From Rhodothermales bacterium (GTDB lineage Bacteria; Bacteroidota; Rhodothermia; Rhodothermales; UBA10348), in contig JAQWHM010000002.1 of assembly GCA_029249345.1 (NCBI GenBank), positions 20,868-84,867 on the forward strand: a stretch of 64,000 nucleotides of DNA, in the 5' to 3' direction. Positions 39,000 through 48,708 of this stretch are shown in pieces. The notes beneath the pieces were generated by a model. That model was not told where the DNA came from. It made no database searches and saw nothing but the letters and a program-made list of their open reading frames with translations. The translations under genes and the position numbers were made by a program. Position 1 is the stretch's first letter. Every line of letters starts with the position of its first letter.

Positions 39000-39830
39000 A
39001 TGAAATTCAACGAAGAGGAAGTCGGTAGTCTCATTCAGCGGGCCTCTGAGCTACACGAACGATCGTTGGACGATAGTCAACACAACCTGACGTTATCTGA
39101 AATTGAGTCGATTGCCGATGAATTGGGTATTCCATCCAGGTTTCTAATTGAAGCTGCGTTAGAAAAGAAGGAAGGAAATCCGGAGTCCTCGTTTAGTTTT
39201 TGGGGCGCTCCTTTTCAGGTTGATCAAACAGCTTTGGTGGAAGGAGCGGTATCGGATGAGCAATGGAATGAGGCCCTATCTGAATTGCAGGAATTCAGCG
39301 GTAAGAGTGGGAAGTCCGAGATGGTTGGAGCTACCAGAAGATGGTCGCACATCGTAGGAGAGGGGGAATCGGGGATTAATTTTGAGGAACTCACGGTTTC
39401 CATGAGGCCTGTAAAAGGGAAGACATCGATCCGGATCCACAAGGGTTACAAAGGGGCGGTGGCCATGTACATCGCGGCATTTGGCCTGACCTCTTTCCTG
39501 ACTCTTATGGTCGCACATTCGTTACCAGATATATCCAAGATCTCTGAGCTCATTTATGCAGGAATGGTAGGGTCCTTGTCGCTAGGAGGTGTGAGAGCCA
39601 TGATTTCCGTATCCGCTCGTAGGTTTCGCCAACAGTTGACAGAATTGTCAACTAGACTTGAGCAAGCAGTAGCGCCTAAAAAAGCTACATCATCAAGCAT
39701 CAACGACGAACAAGGCTCTATTCGGGCGGACGCTGAATTACCACACCAATCGATACTTGATGAAAGGGATGTTGCGGACCAGACGCCAGAAACCGTTGTT
39801 CAAGAGAGAAAGCGAGAAAAGAATAGTTAA
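39000..39830 (+). CDS. uncharacterised 2-TM protein, paralog B (same family as 33220..34035)
   Basis: MKFNEEEVGSLIQRASE..LTLSEIESIADELGIPSRFLIEAAL..FWGAPF.., two TM helices and an acidic tail. Colinear with paralog A. Confidence 0.6.
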   Translation: MKFNEEEVGSLIQRASELHERSLDDSQHNLTLSEIESIADELGIPSRFLIEAALEKKEGNPESSFSFWGAPFQVDQTALVEGAVSDEQWNEALSELQEFSGKSGKSEMVGATRRWSHIVGEGESGINFEELTVSMRPVKGKTSIRIHKGYKGAVAMYIAAFGLTSFLTLMVAHSLPDISKISELIYAGMVGSLSLGGVRAMISVSARRFRQQLTELSTRLEQAVAPKKATSSSINDEQGSIRADAELPHQSILDERDVADQTPETVVQERKREKNS

Positions 39831-39956
39831 CTATTGCTGCCTCTGTATTGGATTGGCCGTTGCTCATCATGGCTTATAATCACCGCATAAACTGCTCATG
39901 TATCGTTTGGCCTTGAGTGGTATGCTTTTACCTCATTCACTTCAAGAGGCAGTAAT

Positions 39957-40526
39957 ATGTCGAGTCGCTCTGAGAACGTTGGATCACATCGAAGTAGGTC
40001 ACTGAGAAAAGCCTATTGGGCGGGAGCCATTATACTTTTGCTCGTACCCTTGATTGCCATGCAGTTCACCGATGAAGTGAATTGGGATGTAGCCGATTTT
40101 GTGATATTCGGTGTTCTTCTTTTCGGTGTAGGTATCACCTATGAGCTAGCAGCTCGAAAAACGGGTAACGCTGCTTTCAAGACCGCCATCGGCCTCGCCT
40201 TATTTGCCGCTTTTTTGCAATTCTGGATGAACGGAGCCGTGGGTATCATTGGATCGGAGGACAACGACGTTAACCTCATGTTTTACGGTGTCTTGCTGAT
40301 TGCGTTGATTGGTTTTCTAGTCTCACGATTCGATCCCCTCAAGCTAGCTATCGCCATGCGCATCACAGCTGGTGCTCAGGCTCTTGTATTCGTAATTGCG
40401 CTAGTCATGGGGTGGGGTTTTACCGGCCCACTAACGGCCTTTTTCATGGCTATGTGGTTGGGGGCGGCTAGACTATTTCAGAAAGCAGGACGTGACGCGG
40501 AACGCGCAAAAATCGCAAGAGATTAG
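39957..40526 (+). CDS. hypothetical 5-TM membrane protein
   Basis: 189 aa with five hydrophobic helices and a basic C-terminal tail. No family recognised. Confidence 0.45.
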   Translation: MSSRSENVGSHRSRSLRKAYWAGAIILLLVPLIAMQFTDEVNWDVADFVIFGVLLFGVGITYELAARKTGNAAFKTAIGLALFAAFLQFWMNGAVGIIGSEDNDVNLMFYGVLLIALIGFLVSRFDPLKLAIAMRITAGAQALVFVIALVMGWGFTGPLTAFFMAMWLGAARLFQKAGRDAERAKIARD

Positions 40527-40915
40527 GCTGAGGCGAGGAGCGAAGGTAATCTGTTATATCGAATCAGCGCTTTTAATGTGAAGGAAATCTGTTGGAAATG
40601 GGCTTTGAGACACTCTAATTCACGTCTAACACAATGCATACTCCGAGGGCTTACCGCGTTGTCCTCGAGCACCTTTCGGATCTCTTTTATGCCTTGAGGT
40701 AACGCGCTGTCTCTCACAACGACGTCACTAACAACGACGTCACTCCATACCTTGTCAAACAGACGCTCTTTACTGACCAACTGCTCATTCTCTTGAATCA
40801 AGAGAATGAGCGTAGATAAATACCGGTTGTTCAGATTAACGCGCGATCCGTCCTTCCAAAGTTGACGATCGGATACGTCGAGTAGCTGCCCGACGAGTGC
40901 GGTGAGGTGTATACG
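40523..40915 (-). pseudogene. remnant of a CadC/OmpR-type winged-helix (trans_reg_C) regulator
   Basis: The open frame between stops reads ..LDVSDRQLWKDGSRVNLNNRYLSTLILLIQENEQLVSKERLFDKVWSDVVVSDVVVRDSALPQGIKEIRKVLEDN..SP. This matches the wHTH DNA-binding pattern, but there is no ATG/GTG/TTG at the N-terminus, the only ATG (40801) is inside the domain, and there is an internal 15-bp duplication. The expected TM/sensor region is absent. Confidence 0.5.
40715..40744. repeat. 15-bp tandem duplication inside the wHTH remnant
   Basis: cacaacgacgtcact / aacaacgacgtcact (14 of 15 identical), encoding SDVVV-SDVVV on the minus strand. Confidence 0.85.
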
Positions 40916-41060
40916 TTATGTTTTTGGGCACGATCACGCAACTCGTACTTCGTGCGGGAGTAGTATTATCTGCGTGAGGAGACATTTGAAGCGGAGAATA
41001 GATGCTTCGAGCAGCTTCTTCTAAAACCGAGTTAGATAGATTTCAACCCTACTAAAATAT

Positions 41061-41798
41061 GTGTTAGCGGCGCTCCTGTTCGTTTCTCAAACGGGATGGC
41101 CTCGTCATGTTTCGGCTCAAGACGTCACTGAACAAAGAACAATCGTGCTATTGCATGGTCTTTCTCGTCGAGCAGGATCGATGAATCGGATGGAGCAAGC
41201 ACTCCAGGAAAAAGGCTTTCGGACCTGTAATATTAGCTATCCATCGACTCGTCATAAAATCGAAGTCCTAGCTAAAGATCACGTATTACCCGAGATCGAG
41301 GCATGTGTAGGTGATCGAGATACCACCCTTGATTTTGTTACCCATTCAATGGGTGGCATCCTTGTGCGGTATCTGGCTGAGCATCAGTTGGTTAATCCAG
41401 TGGGGCGTGTCGTCATGCTGAGCCCGCCGAATCAGGGAAGCGAAGTGGTAGACCGATTAGGCGAAAACTGGTTGTTTAATTTGGTCAATGGACCTGCAGG
41501 AAAGGAGCTGGGAACGGACGATTCTAGCATGCCTCTGCAATTAGGTCCAGCCGGGTTTGAGCTGGGAGTCATCACGGGAAATAGGACGATTAATCTGTTT
41601 CTGTCCATGATGATAGATGGAAGTGATGATGGCAAGGTCTCAGTCAAACGCGCAGCGGTTGATGGAATGCAGGACATGATTGTCTTGCCCACCGCACATC
41701 CATTCATCATGAAGAATCGGCGCTCCATCTCTCAGACTCTTTATTTCCTCGAGAATGGCGTCTTTCAGCGCACTCTCAGTCTGGGTGCTTCGCAATGA
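41061..41798 (+). CDS. alpha/beta hydrolase (COG1075 lipase/esterase-like), secreted
   Basis: GTG start. TIVLLHGL and the THSMGG nucleophile elbow. Signal-like N-terminus. Confidence 0.75.
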   Translation: MLAALLFVSQTGWPRHVSAQDVTEQRTIVLLHGLSRRAGSMNRMEQALQEKGFRTCNISYPSTRHKIEVLAKDHVLPEIEACVGDRDTTLDFVTHSMGGILVRYLAEHQLVNPVGRVVMLSPPNQGSEVVDRLGENWLFNLVNGPAGKELGTDDSSMPLQLGPAGFELGVITGNRTINLFLSMMIDGSDDGKVSVKRAAVDGMQDMIVLPTAHPFIMKNRRSISQTLYFLENGVFQRTLSLGASQ

Positions 41799-41876
41799 AA
41801 AAGGGATAAGAGCGCCAATAATCGCAAGCTAACCGAGCACATAGCGCACGTCTCGATACGTGAGGCACAATCAAGC

Positions 41877-42956
41877 ATGGACAAAATCGTGAAAAAAGTC
41901 TTCGTTTCGGGTTGTTATGATGCTTTGCATGGTGGGCATGTGGAGTTTTTTAGACAGGCAAAAGCTCTAGGAGATCATCTAACGGTCTGCGTTCCAAGTG
42001 ATGACGTGTTGCTAATGTATAAAAAGCGTCTTCCTTGGATTCCGCTAGATCACAAGATGAGTATTTTGAGTGCACTCGAACCCGTGGATGAAGTGATCGT
42101 GGGGAGTGATCCCGATCCCGCACTCAATTTTAGAACTGAGTTCTCACGCATCAAACCTGCAATTCTGGCCGTTACGCAAGACGATCAGTATGAGGACGTA
42201 AAACGCACGTTGTGTGCCGAAGTGGGCGCTTCCTATGTAAGCCTTCCAAAAAGTCTAGGTTACGAACCGGTTTCGACGACCGAGATTCGAAATAAGGTTT
42301 CAGCCGTGACTGAAGCCCCCTTAAGGGTCGATTTTGCCGGAGGATGGTTGGATGTACCACGGTTTTCCAGAGAAGGCGCGTACATCGTAAACTGTTCGAT
42401 CACCCCGAAAGTTAGCCTGAGCAATTGGCCCTACGAACAGCGATCAGGAGTAGGGGGATCCGGAGCTTGGGCGCTTCTTCAAGGGAAAGACGCCGTTTCG
42501 GCCGAACTGGGTAATCTTGTAGGTTGGCAGGATCCGGCCGTAATCATGGAAACAGGATTATGCGTCTGGAGGTCGGGACCGAAGCCCATCCTAGATTTGA
42601 AAGTGAATCCGGATTTCCTTCAAGGTAAAATGGCGCTTTTCTGGACAGGCGTGCAGCATGAAACCCGAGAACTGGCCAACATGGAGAGGGATTATGACCT
42701 GTTGGTTAAGGGTGCAGCAATCGGTAGGCGAGCTGTTCTATCTCAAGACCTGAACCTATTAGCAGAAGCTGTTAATCTGACTCACGAGGTCCAGTTAAAG
42801 GAAGGCATGGATCCGTTGCCGTCTTTTGGAGAGGTGGCCAAGAAATACTGCGGAAGTGGCCACGGAGGATATGCCGTGTACCTTTTTGACCACCAACGTC
42901 CTGAAGGGACCAACTGGATGGCTATTGAGCCCTATTTAGGGCAATTCCCGAGTTAG
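41877..42956 (+). CDS. fusion protein: cytidylyltransferase-fold nucleotidyltransferase + minimal GHMP-type kinase domain
   Basis: N-terminal domain: VFVSGCYDALHGGHVEFF (HxGH) and VSTTEIRNKV (ISTT-like motif). C-terminal domain: RVDFAGGWLDVP, GVGGSGAWALL (degenerate GHMP motif II), GWQDPAV and CGSGHGGYAVYLF (motif III-like). Confidence 0.65.
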   Translation: MDKIVKKVFVSGCYDALHGGHVEFFRQAKALGDHLTVCVPSDDVLLMYKKRLPWIPLDHKMSILSALEPVDEVIVGSDPDPALNFRTEFSRIKPAILAVTQDDQYEDVKRTLCAEVGASYVSLPKSLGYEPVSTTEIRNKVSAVTEAPLRVDFAGGWLDVPRFSREGAYIVNCSITPKVSLSNWPYEQRSGVGGSGAWALLQGKDAVSAELGNLVGWQDPAVIMETGLCVWRSGPKPILDLKVNPDFLQGKMALFWTGVQHETRELANMERDYDLLVKGAAIGRRAVLSQDLNLLAEAVNLTHEVQLKEGMDPLPSFGEVAKKYCGSGHGGYAVYLFDHQRPEGTNWMAIEPYLGQFPS

Positions 42957-43162
42957 AAGTGACAACTCTTGGGTTCGAGCTCGGGATGGGTAAGTTGCGT
43001 GAAACGAAGTCGTGAAAAGGAGCTCAATCCTCACGTCTTGTTTCTGAAAACAGAGAAGATTGGGTTTGATTCGTTTCAGGGTAGTAGAGGGTTGCTGGGT
43101 CGGTATTATTTTGACTGCCGATAGCGTGTAAGATGGACCATACACCAGATAGGGTGTCTGCA

Positions 43163-45184
43163 ATGAAGACGAATCGATTGGGCAAAATGTTAGCCATTCC
43201 GGCGTTTTTGCTGTCACTGATCTTTTTTGCTCGTCTTGGCCATGCCCAAGCAGCGGAAGGGTTTTACCACACTAGTAATGGGATAGTAGTAGACGGAAAT
43301 GGCGATAAAGCCATGATGCGCGGAGTTGGATTGGGTGGTTGGCTCATGCCAGAAGGCTACATGATCCACTTTCCAGGTTCAGGTGCATTGAGGGATATGA
43401 ATCAACGCATCGTCGATTTAATTGGCGAAGAGGATGCCGCCTATTTCTGGGCCTTGTATCGGGCTCATTATGTGCGAGAGAAGGACGTCAAGATGCTGGC
43501 AGAATGGGGCTATGATCACGTGCGTCTTCCATTCCATTACAATGTCATTTATGACATAGAGACCCGATCCTTTAAGGAAGAAGGTTTTGCTTTGTTTGAC
43601 ACGTTTTTGTCATGGTGTAAAACCTATGGGCTGGACGTGGTATTAGATCTTCACGCAACGCCTGGGGCTCAAAATTCCGGACCGATTTCAGACAGTGATG
43701 GACAGGCACGGCTATGGACAGAACCCGTCCCTTACCAAGACATGACTGTCGAAATATGGGAAGAAATTGCGCGTCGGTATGTTAATGAACCAGCTATTAT
43801 TGGATACGACTTGATCAATGAGCCCGTTACACCGGACGAACAATTGGTCAACGGTCAGCAAGATCTCAGGAACTTGTATGGAAGATTGAGAGACGCGATT
43901 CGACTTATTGATCCCAATCACATCCTGTTTATAGAAGGAAATTATTACGCTACCCATTTTTACTTGCTGGATCCAGCCTTTGATGACAACATGGTGTATG
44001 CCTTCCATAAGTACTGGAATGCCCCAAATGTGGGCACTATTCAGTATTTATTGGATTTGAGAGCCAACACGGGAGTACCCCTTTGGCTCGGCGAGACGGG
44101 CGAAAACAGCAATTCGTGGTTTTTTGCCGTGTCTAGATTAGCAGAGGCCAACGATATTGGTTGGAATTGGTGGACGCACAAGAAAATTGACTCGGTTACG
44201 TCACCTCTATCGACTCCATTGTTAAAGGAATACCGGGCCGTATTAGACTATTTCGATGGAAGAGCACCAAAGCCTTCGGTTGACTTTGCGAAAGAAGCAC
44301 TCTTTGCTCAGGCTTTAGCCTTACATATTGATCAGGCTACCTTGCAGCAAGGAGTTTTGGCGAGTCTCTTCAACGACAACTTTGGTACTGAGCGGGCCCC
44401 GTACAAGAATCATGTTGTCCCAGGAAGTATCAATGCGGTGGATTACGATCTAGGAAATCAGGGTGTCACGTATTCCGATGTAGATATTTGGAGAGTCGAT
44501 GGCTCACCGGGGGGCGGAAATACGGGAGGAAAGTACCGTAATGACGGAGTGGACATAGAGGCTTCGACGGATCCTGAAGGGTTTGAATACAATGTAGGAT
44601 GGCTCTCTCCATTCGAGTGGATGGAGTATACGTTTGACGTGACCATCTCCGGTACGTACAGTTTGGAGACGAGGGTCGCCAGCCAGTCAGGAGGGGGGAA
44701 TTTGGAGATGATGGTGGACGGCCAGCGGATTGCTAGCCTGTCCGTTCCGCAGACGGGGGATTGGCAGTCCTGGACTTCCGTACATGCCGGCGGAATAATG
44801 CTCACGCAGGGCAGACATGTTCTACGAGTTTATGTTGGTAGAAAAGGGAGTTACAACCTCAACAGAATGACTTTTACCCTCGTCGAGGCGACGGATGTTG
44901 AACCTGTTTCTGGCCCCCAGATTGGATTTGAGTTGCAGGATGTGTACCCAAATCCTTCTCGGTTGGGTTTTCAAGTTGAACTGGAAATGGGTAAGGGGGG
45001 GCAAGTAGATGTTCAATTGTTTGACACCCTTGGGAAAAAAGTGGCGGTCCTTTATTCTGGTTTTCTGCTGCCTGGCAGCCATCAGTTTTCACAGAATACC
45101 CAGCACCTTAAGCCTGGTTTGTATTTCGTCTCTGCAACCTCGCTTTCAGAGTTGCACTCCGCACCTGTGATGATACTTCACTAA
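43163..45184 (+). CDS. GH5 endo-glucanase with CBM6-like module and T9SS C-terminal sorting domain
   Basis: Start at the ATG at 43163 (signal peptide). GH5 acid/base LINEP and nucleophile LGETGE. CBM6-like block (INAVDYD..YRNDGVDIE..GDWQSW). C-terminal VYPNPS...LKPGLYFV T9SS tail. Confidence 0.85.
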   Translation: MKTNRLGKMLAIPAFLLSLIFFARLGHAQAAEGFYHTSNGIVVDGNGDKAMMRGVGLGGWLMPEGYMIHFPGSGALRDMNQRIVDLIGEEDAAYFWALYRAHYVREKDVKMLAEWGYDHVRLPFHYNVIYDIETRSFKEEGFALFDTFLSWCKTYGLDVVLDLHATPGAQNSGPISDSDGQARLWTEPVPYQDMTVEIWEEIARRYVNEPAIIGYDLINEPVTPDEQLVNGQQDLRNLYGRLRDAIRLIDPNHILFIEGNYYATHFYLLDPAFDDNMVYAFHKYWNAPNVGTIQYLLDLRANTGVPLWLGETGENSNSWFFAVSRLAEANDIGWNWWTHKKIDSVTSPLSTPLLKEYRAVLDYFDGRAPKPSVDFAKEALFAQALALHIDQATLQQGVLASLFNDNFGTERAPYKNHVVPGSINAVDYDLGNQGVTYSDVDIWRVDGSPGGGNTGGKYRNDGVDIEASTDPEGFEYNVGWLSPFEWMEYTFDVTISGTYSLETRVASQSGGGNLEMMVDGQRIASLSVPQTGDWQSWTSVHAGGIMLTQGRHVLRVYVGRKGSYNLNRMTFTLVEATDVEPVSGPQIGFELQDVYPNPSRLGFQVELEMGKGGQVDVQLFDTLGKKVAVLYSGFLLPGSHQFSQNTQHLKPGLYFVSATSLSELHSAPVMILH

Positions 45185-45204
45185 GGAAAAGAGGATCAAT
45201 TAAC

Positions 45205-46773
45205 ATGTCTCATCGACGCAGTATCTCGCTCCGTTGTTTTATCGCTCTTTTTGTAGTTGCCTTGCTGACGGGATGTGATTCCCAGTCTCTTGACACTGAG
45301 ATTCAGCTGACGGTGGATGAACTGGTTTCGGGGCTCGTTACCGAGCAAAACCCGTCTGGGTATGCCCCTCTGACGGCAGAAGTCTCTTTTAACGTGACTC
45401 AGCCCATTCATGTCGACATGATTATGACAGGCCAAAATGGTGGAAAAAACCTCGTCACTCGATTTTATAATATCTCCGACAGTGTAACGCTTCCCATTCT
45501 TGGGTTATATCCCGAGTCTACGAACGAGGTTGTTCTGCGTTTTATAACGGCAGGAGAGCAAGTGATAGGCGACTTACCCGTTTCAATTGATACGCCGGTT
45601 TTGTGGGCGGACCTTCCTCAGATTGATATTAACGTGATTCAGGAGTCGCGCATTAAACCGGGAATGAATCTAGTCAGCTATTTTGGTCATAACAGCTCAT
45701 TCGCTCCTCAAAAGCCGTTCATTTTTGATTCCGAAGGGGTAATTCGCTGGTACCTGGATTTTACAGATCATCCCTCCTTGTCCTCTTTGTTCTTCGATAA
45801 TGGGGTTGAGCGACTGGCAAACGGGAATCTGTTTTTTGGAGATCGGCCACATGGACGTATTGTGGAAGTGGATATGTTAGGCAACATTGTACAGACGTGG
45901 CCGATGCCGGGATACGAGTTTCACCATCACGTACTCGAAAAGCCAAATGGTAATTTTCTGGTTACCGTGGATAAGCAAGGTGAGCCTACGGTAGAAGATT
46001 ACATCATAGAAATTGACCGTATTTCTGGAGCTACGATTCGAGAATGGAATCTCAAGGAGTCACTGGACTATGCACGTCGAGAATGGCCAACTAATTTTGG
46101 AGATCAGAATGTAGATTGGTTTCATGCTAATGGACTTGCTTACGATCCACTCGATGACACCATCATTGTTTCTGGACGAACGCAAGGGACGGTCAAGCTT
46201 ACGAATACCAATGAAGTGGTCTGGATTTTGGCGCCGCATCGGGGTTGGGGTACCGCTGGGGATGGTGCAAATCTTTCGTTTAAGTTGCTGTCTCCGTTAG
46301 ATAAAAACGGTGCCTTGATTCGAGATCCTTTAGTTGTAGACGGCACGTCCAATCATGCTGATTTCGAATGGGCTTGGTATCAGCACGCTCCTGAAATCAT
46401 GCCGGACGGTAGTCTTCTTTTATTTGATAATGGGGATAACCGTAACTACGGCGTGTCAGAGCTTTATAGTCGCGCAGTACACTACGTAATAGACCAGCAG
46501 GCTATGACGGTGCAACAGCGCTGGCAATATGGTAAAGAGCGGGGGGCAGATGGTTTCTCGAGAATTGTTTCAGATGTCGATTATCATATCGAAGAAAACA
46601 ACGTGGTCTTTATGCCCGGAGCAGTGGGAAGGGAGGCTATTCCATATGGAAAGGTGGTAGAAATTGATTATTCCTCAAGGAATGTCGTGTTTGAAGCGAC
46701 CATAACGGCTCCCATCGCCCAATGGGGGATTACCTTTCACCGCGTTGAGCGGATATCGCTCTATCCCAATTAG
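45205..46773 (+). CDS. aryl-sulfate sulfotransferase (ASST) family lipoprotein
   Basis: Lipobox LLTGC. N-terminal ASST block NPSGYAPLTAEVSF...LPILGLYPESTNEV. Propeller blocks YEFHHHV and DWFHANGLAYDPLDDTIIVSGR. Confidence 0.75.
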   Translation: MSHRRSISLRCFIALFVVALLTGCDSQSLDTEIQLTVDELVSGLVTEQNPSGYAPLTAEVSFNVTQPIHVDMIMTGQNGGKNLVTRFYNISDSVTLPILGLYPESTNEVVLRFITAGEQVIGDLPVSIDTPVLWADLPQIDINVIQESRIKPGMNLVSYFGHNSSFAPQKPFIFDSEGVIRWYLDFTDHPSLSSLFFDNGVERLANGNLFFGDRPHGRIVEVDMLGNIVQTWPMPGYEFHHHVLEKPNGNFLVTVDKQGEPTVEDYIIEIDRISGATIREWNLKESLDYARREWPTNFGDQNVDWFHANGLAYDPLDDTIIVSGRTQGTVKLTNTNEVVWILAPHRGWGTAGDGANLSFKLLSPLDKNGALIRDPLVVDGTSNHADFEWAWYQHAPEIMPDGSLLLFDNGDNRNYGVSELYSRAVHYVIDQQAMTVQQRWQYGKERGADGFSRIVSDVDYHIEENNVVFMPGAVGREAIPYGKVVEIDYSSRNVVFEATITAPIAQWGITFHRVERISLYPN

Positions 46774-46789
46774 AAGAGACTAAAAATAA

Positions 46790-46820
46790 GCGGGGCGGTC
46801 GGCGATGCCGACCGCCCCGC
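46790..46820. terminator. bidirectional intrinsic terminator
   Basis: gcggggcggtcggc-gat-gccgaccgccccgc: a 14-bp perfect GC-rich stem between the convergent ASST and GH3 genes. Confidence 0.75.
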
Positions 46821-46851
46821 ATTAGTAGAAACCACTACGAACGCAACCGAT

Positions 46852-48708
46852 TTAGAAGGTCAGTCCAAATCCGAATGGGAAGAGCGGGTCGTAGTTTTCA
46901 TCCCCAACGTTGATTGGGTTCTGAGCCGCCGTTCTTGGCCATGTAAAGGAGAGCTTGCCGGTCGGGGCATAGTCTCCGAATAGCACATCCGTCATACCAT
47001 CACCCTCAGAGCCGGGCAGCCACGCTGCGATGAATGCCTGACTGGCATCCATAACGTCATTGACGATCATGGGGCGGCCAGAGAACAGCAGGGTGACCAT
47101 TGGCTTGCCGGAAGCGGCAGCGTTGTTAAAAGCGGCCTGATTGGGAGCATCCAATACTAGATTGGAGTCATCACCAAAAAACTCCGCATATGGCTTTTCA
47201 CCAACTACTAGGACGATAACGTCAGCATCTTCGCCACCCGTTCCATCTGCAGAATAGGTGACCATGGTTTCGGCTGAAACGGAAGCCTGGATGGCCTCTA
47301 GAACGGTTGTGCCTTCAGTGACGTCGCCGAGCTCGCCTTGCCATTCAATGGTCCAGCCGCCGCTTTGCATACCAATATCGTCAGCACCAGGGCCCGTAAC
47401 ATGGATATGTGATACTGATTTAGAGAGGGGAAGTGTTGCCTCTTCGTTTTTCAGTACTACCATGGATTCACGTACACTTTGTCTTCCAACAGCCCGGTGC
47501 TCATCGGATCCGAAAGAATCTTCTAGACTCCGGTCGGCTGCAAATGTGTAATCTTTTTCGAAGAGTCCCATTGCAAATTTAACGCGCAGTATGCGTCGAA
47601 CGGCGTCATCGATGCGTTCCATTGGGATTCCACCTTCTTCGGCCAGCTCTTTTAGCGTGTTGAAGAAGAGCTCGTAGCGTTCCGGAACCATAACCATGTC
47701 CATTCCGGCATTGATCGATGTCTGAACATCACTTTTGTAGTCGCCCGGAAGCGCATCAATGGCGGCGTAATCGGAGATTAGAAAGCCTTCAAATCCCATT
47801 TCTTCTTTCAGGATTTCTGTGAGAAGACGGTAGCTTCCAGAGCTCAAGACGCCGTTCCAACTGCTGTAGGAAGGCATGATGGTTCCAACTCCGGCATTAA
47901 CAGCCGTGACATAACCTTCCATGTGGACGCGACGAATTTCCTCTTCGCTCATGGGCACGTCTCCACGATCCAGTGGGTAGCGCGATCCGTCTTCAGCGTA
48001 CATACCTGTTCCGTACACCGTTCCACCGTCCCCAATAAAGTGCTTGGCGCAAGCCAACACACGTAGAGGGTCGGTCAGGTCAACTCCTTGAAGTCCTTTT
48101 ACAGCAGCCAATCCTAGTTCAGCAACGAGCATGGGTTCTTCGGCGAAACCTTCGTAGGTGCGACCCCAGCGATCATCTCGTGGAACAGCCACACAAGGGG
48201 CAAATGTCCAATTAATGCCTGTGGCACGTACTTCTTTGGCCGTAATGCGAGAAATCTCTTCTACCAGATCGGCATTGCGCGTCGCACCAAGGCCGATATT
48301 ATGAGGGAAAATAACGGCTCCAATGACATTGGAATGTCCGTGTACGGCATCCACACCGTAGAGAAGGGGAATCTGAAGACGTGTCTTCATGGCCTCAGAC
48401 TGATAGTCCTCGTACATGGCGCGCCAGTCCTGAAGGCTGTTGGTAACAGGGTCAGATCCCCCACCACTCAATAAAGAACCCATGAGGTAGTCAGAGATAT
48501 CGCTTTTCGTAGCCAAGAAATCTTGATCGACCTGAGTCATCTGCCCGACCTTTTCTTCCAAGGTCATTTTCGAGAGTAGCGTATCTACTCTGGCGTCGGC
48601 ATCAAGAAAGAGCTGCTGTCCAGGCAACTCAGTCTCGGTTTGGACATCTGTATTTGTCGCACAGGCGGACAAGGTTAATAAAGAAAGGATCAGGATATAT
48701 GTTTTCAT
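46852..48708 (-). CDS. GH3 beta-glucosidase (BglX-like) lipoprotein
   Basis: Lipobox [22 protein letters not shown] and GFLISDY (nucleophile Asp). C-terminal alpha/beta sandwich domain. Confidence 0.9.
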   Translation of the reverse strand: MKTYILILSLLTLSACATNTDVQTETELPGQQLFLDADARVDTLLSKMTLEEKVGQMTQVDQDFLATKSDISDYLMGSLLSGGGSDPVTNSLQDWRAMYEDYQSEAMKTRLQIPLLYGVDAVHGHSNVIGAVIFPHNIGLGATRNADLVEEISRITAKEVRATGINWTFAPCVAVPRDDRWGRTYEGFAEEPMLVAELGLAAVKGLQGVDLTDPLRVLACAKHFIGDGGTVYGTGMYAEDGSRYPLDRGDVPMSEEEIRRVHMEGYVTAVNAGVGTIMPSYSSWNGVLSSGSYRLLTEILKEEMGFEGFLISDYAAIDALPGDYKSDVQTSINAGMDMVMVPERYELFFNTLKELAEEGGIPMERIDDAVRRILRVKFAMGLFEKDYTFAADRSLEDSFGSDEHRAVGRQSVRESMVVLKNEEATLPLSKSVSHIHVTGPGADDIGMQSGGWTIEWQGELGDVTEGTTVLEAIQASVSAETMVTYSADGTGGEDADVIVLVVGEKPYAEFFGDDSNLVLDAPNQAAFNNAAASGKPMVTLLFSGRPMIVNDVMDASQAFIAAWLPGSEGDGMTDVLFGDYAPTGKLSFTWPRTAAQNPINVGDENYDPLFPFGFGLTF

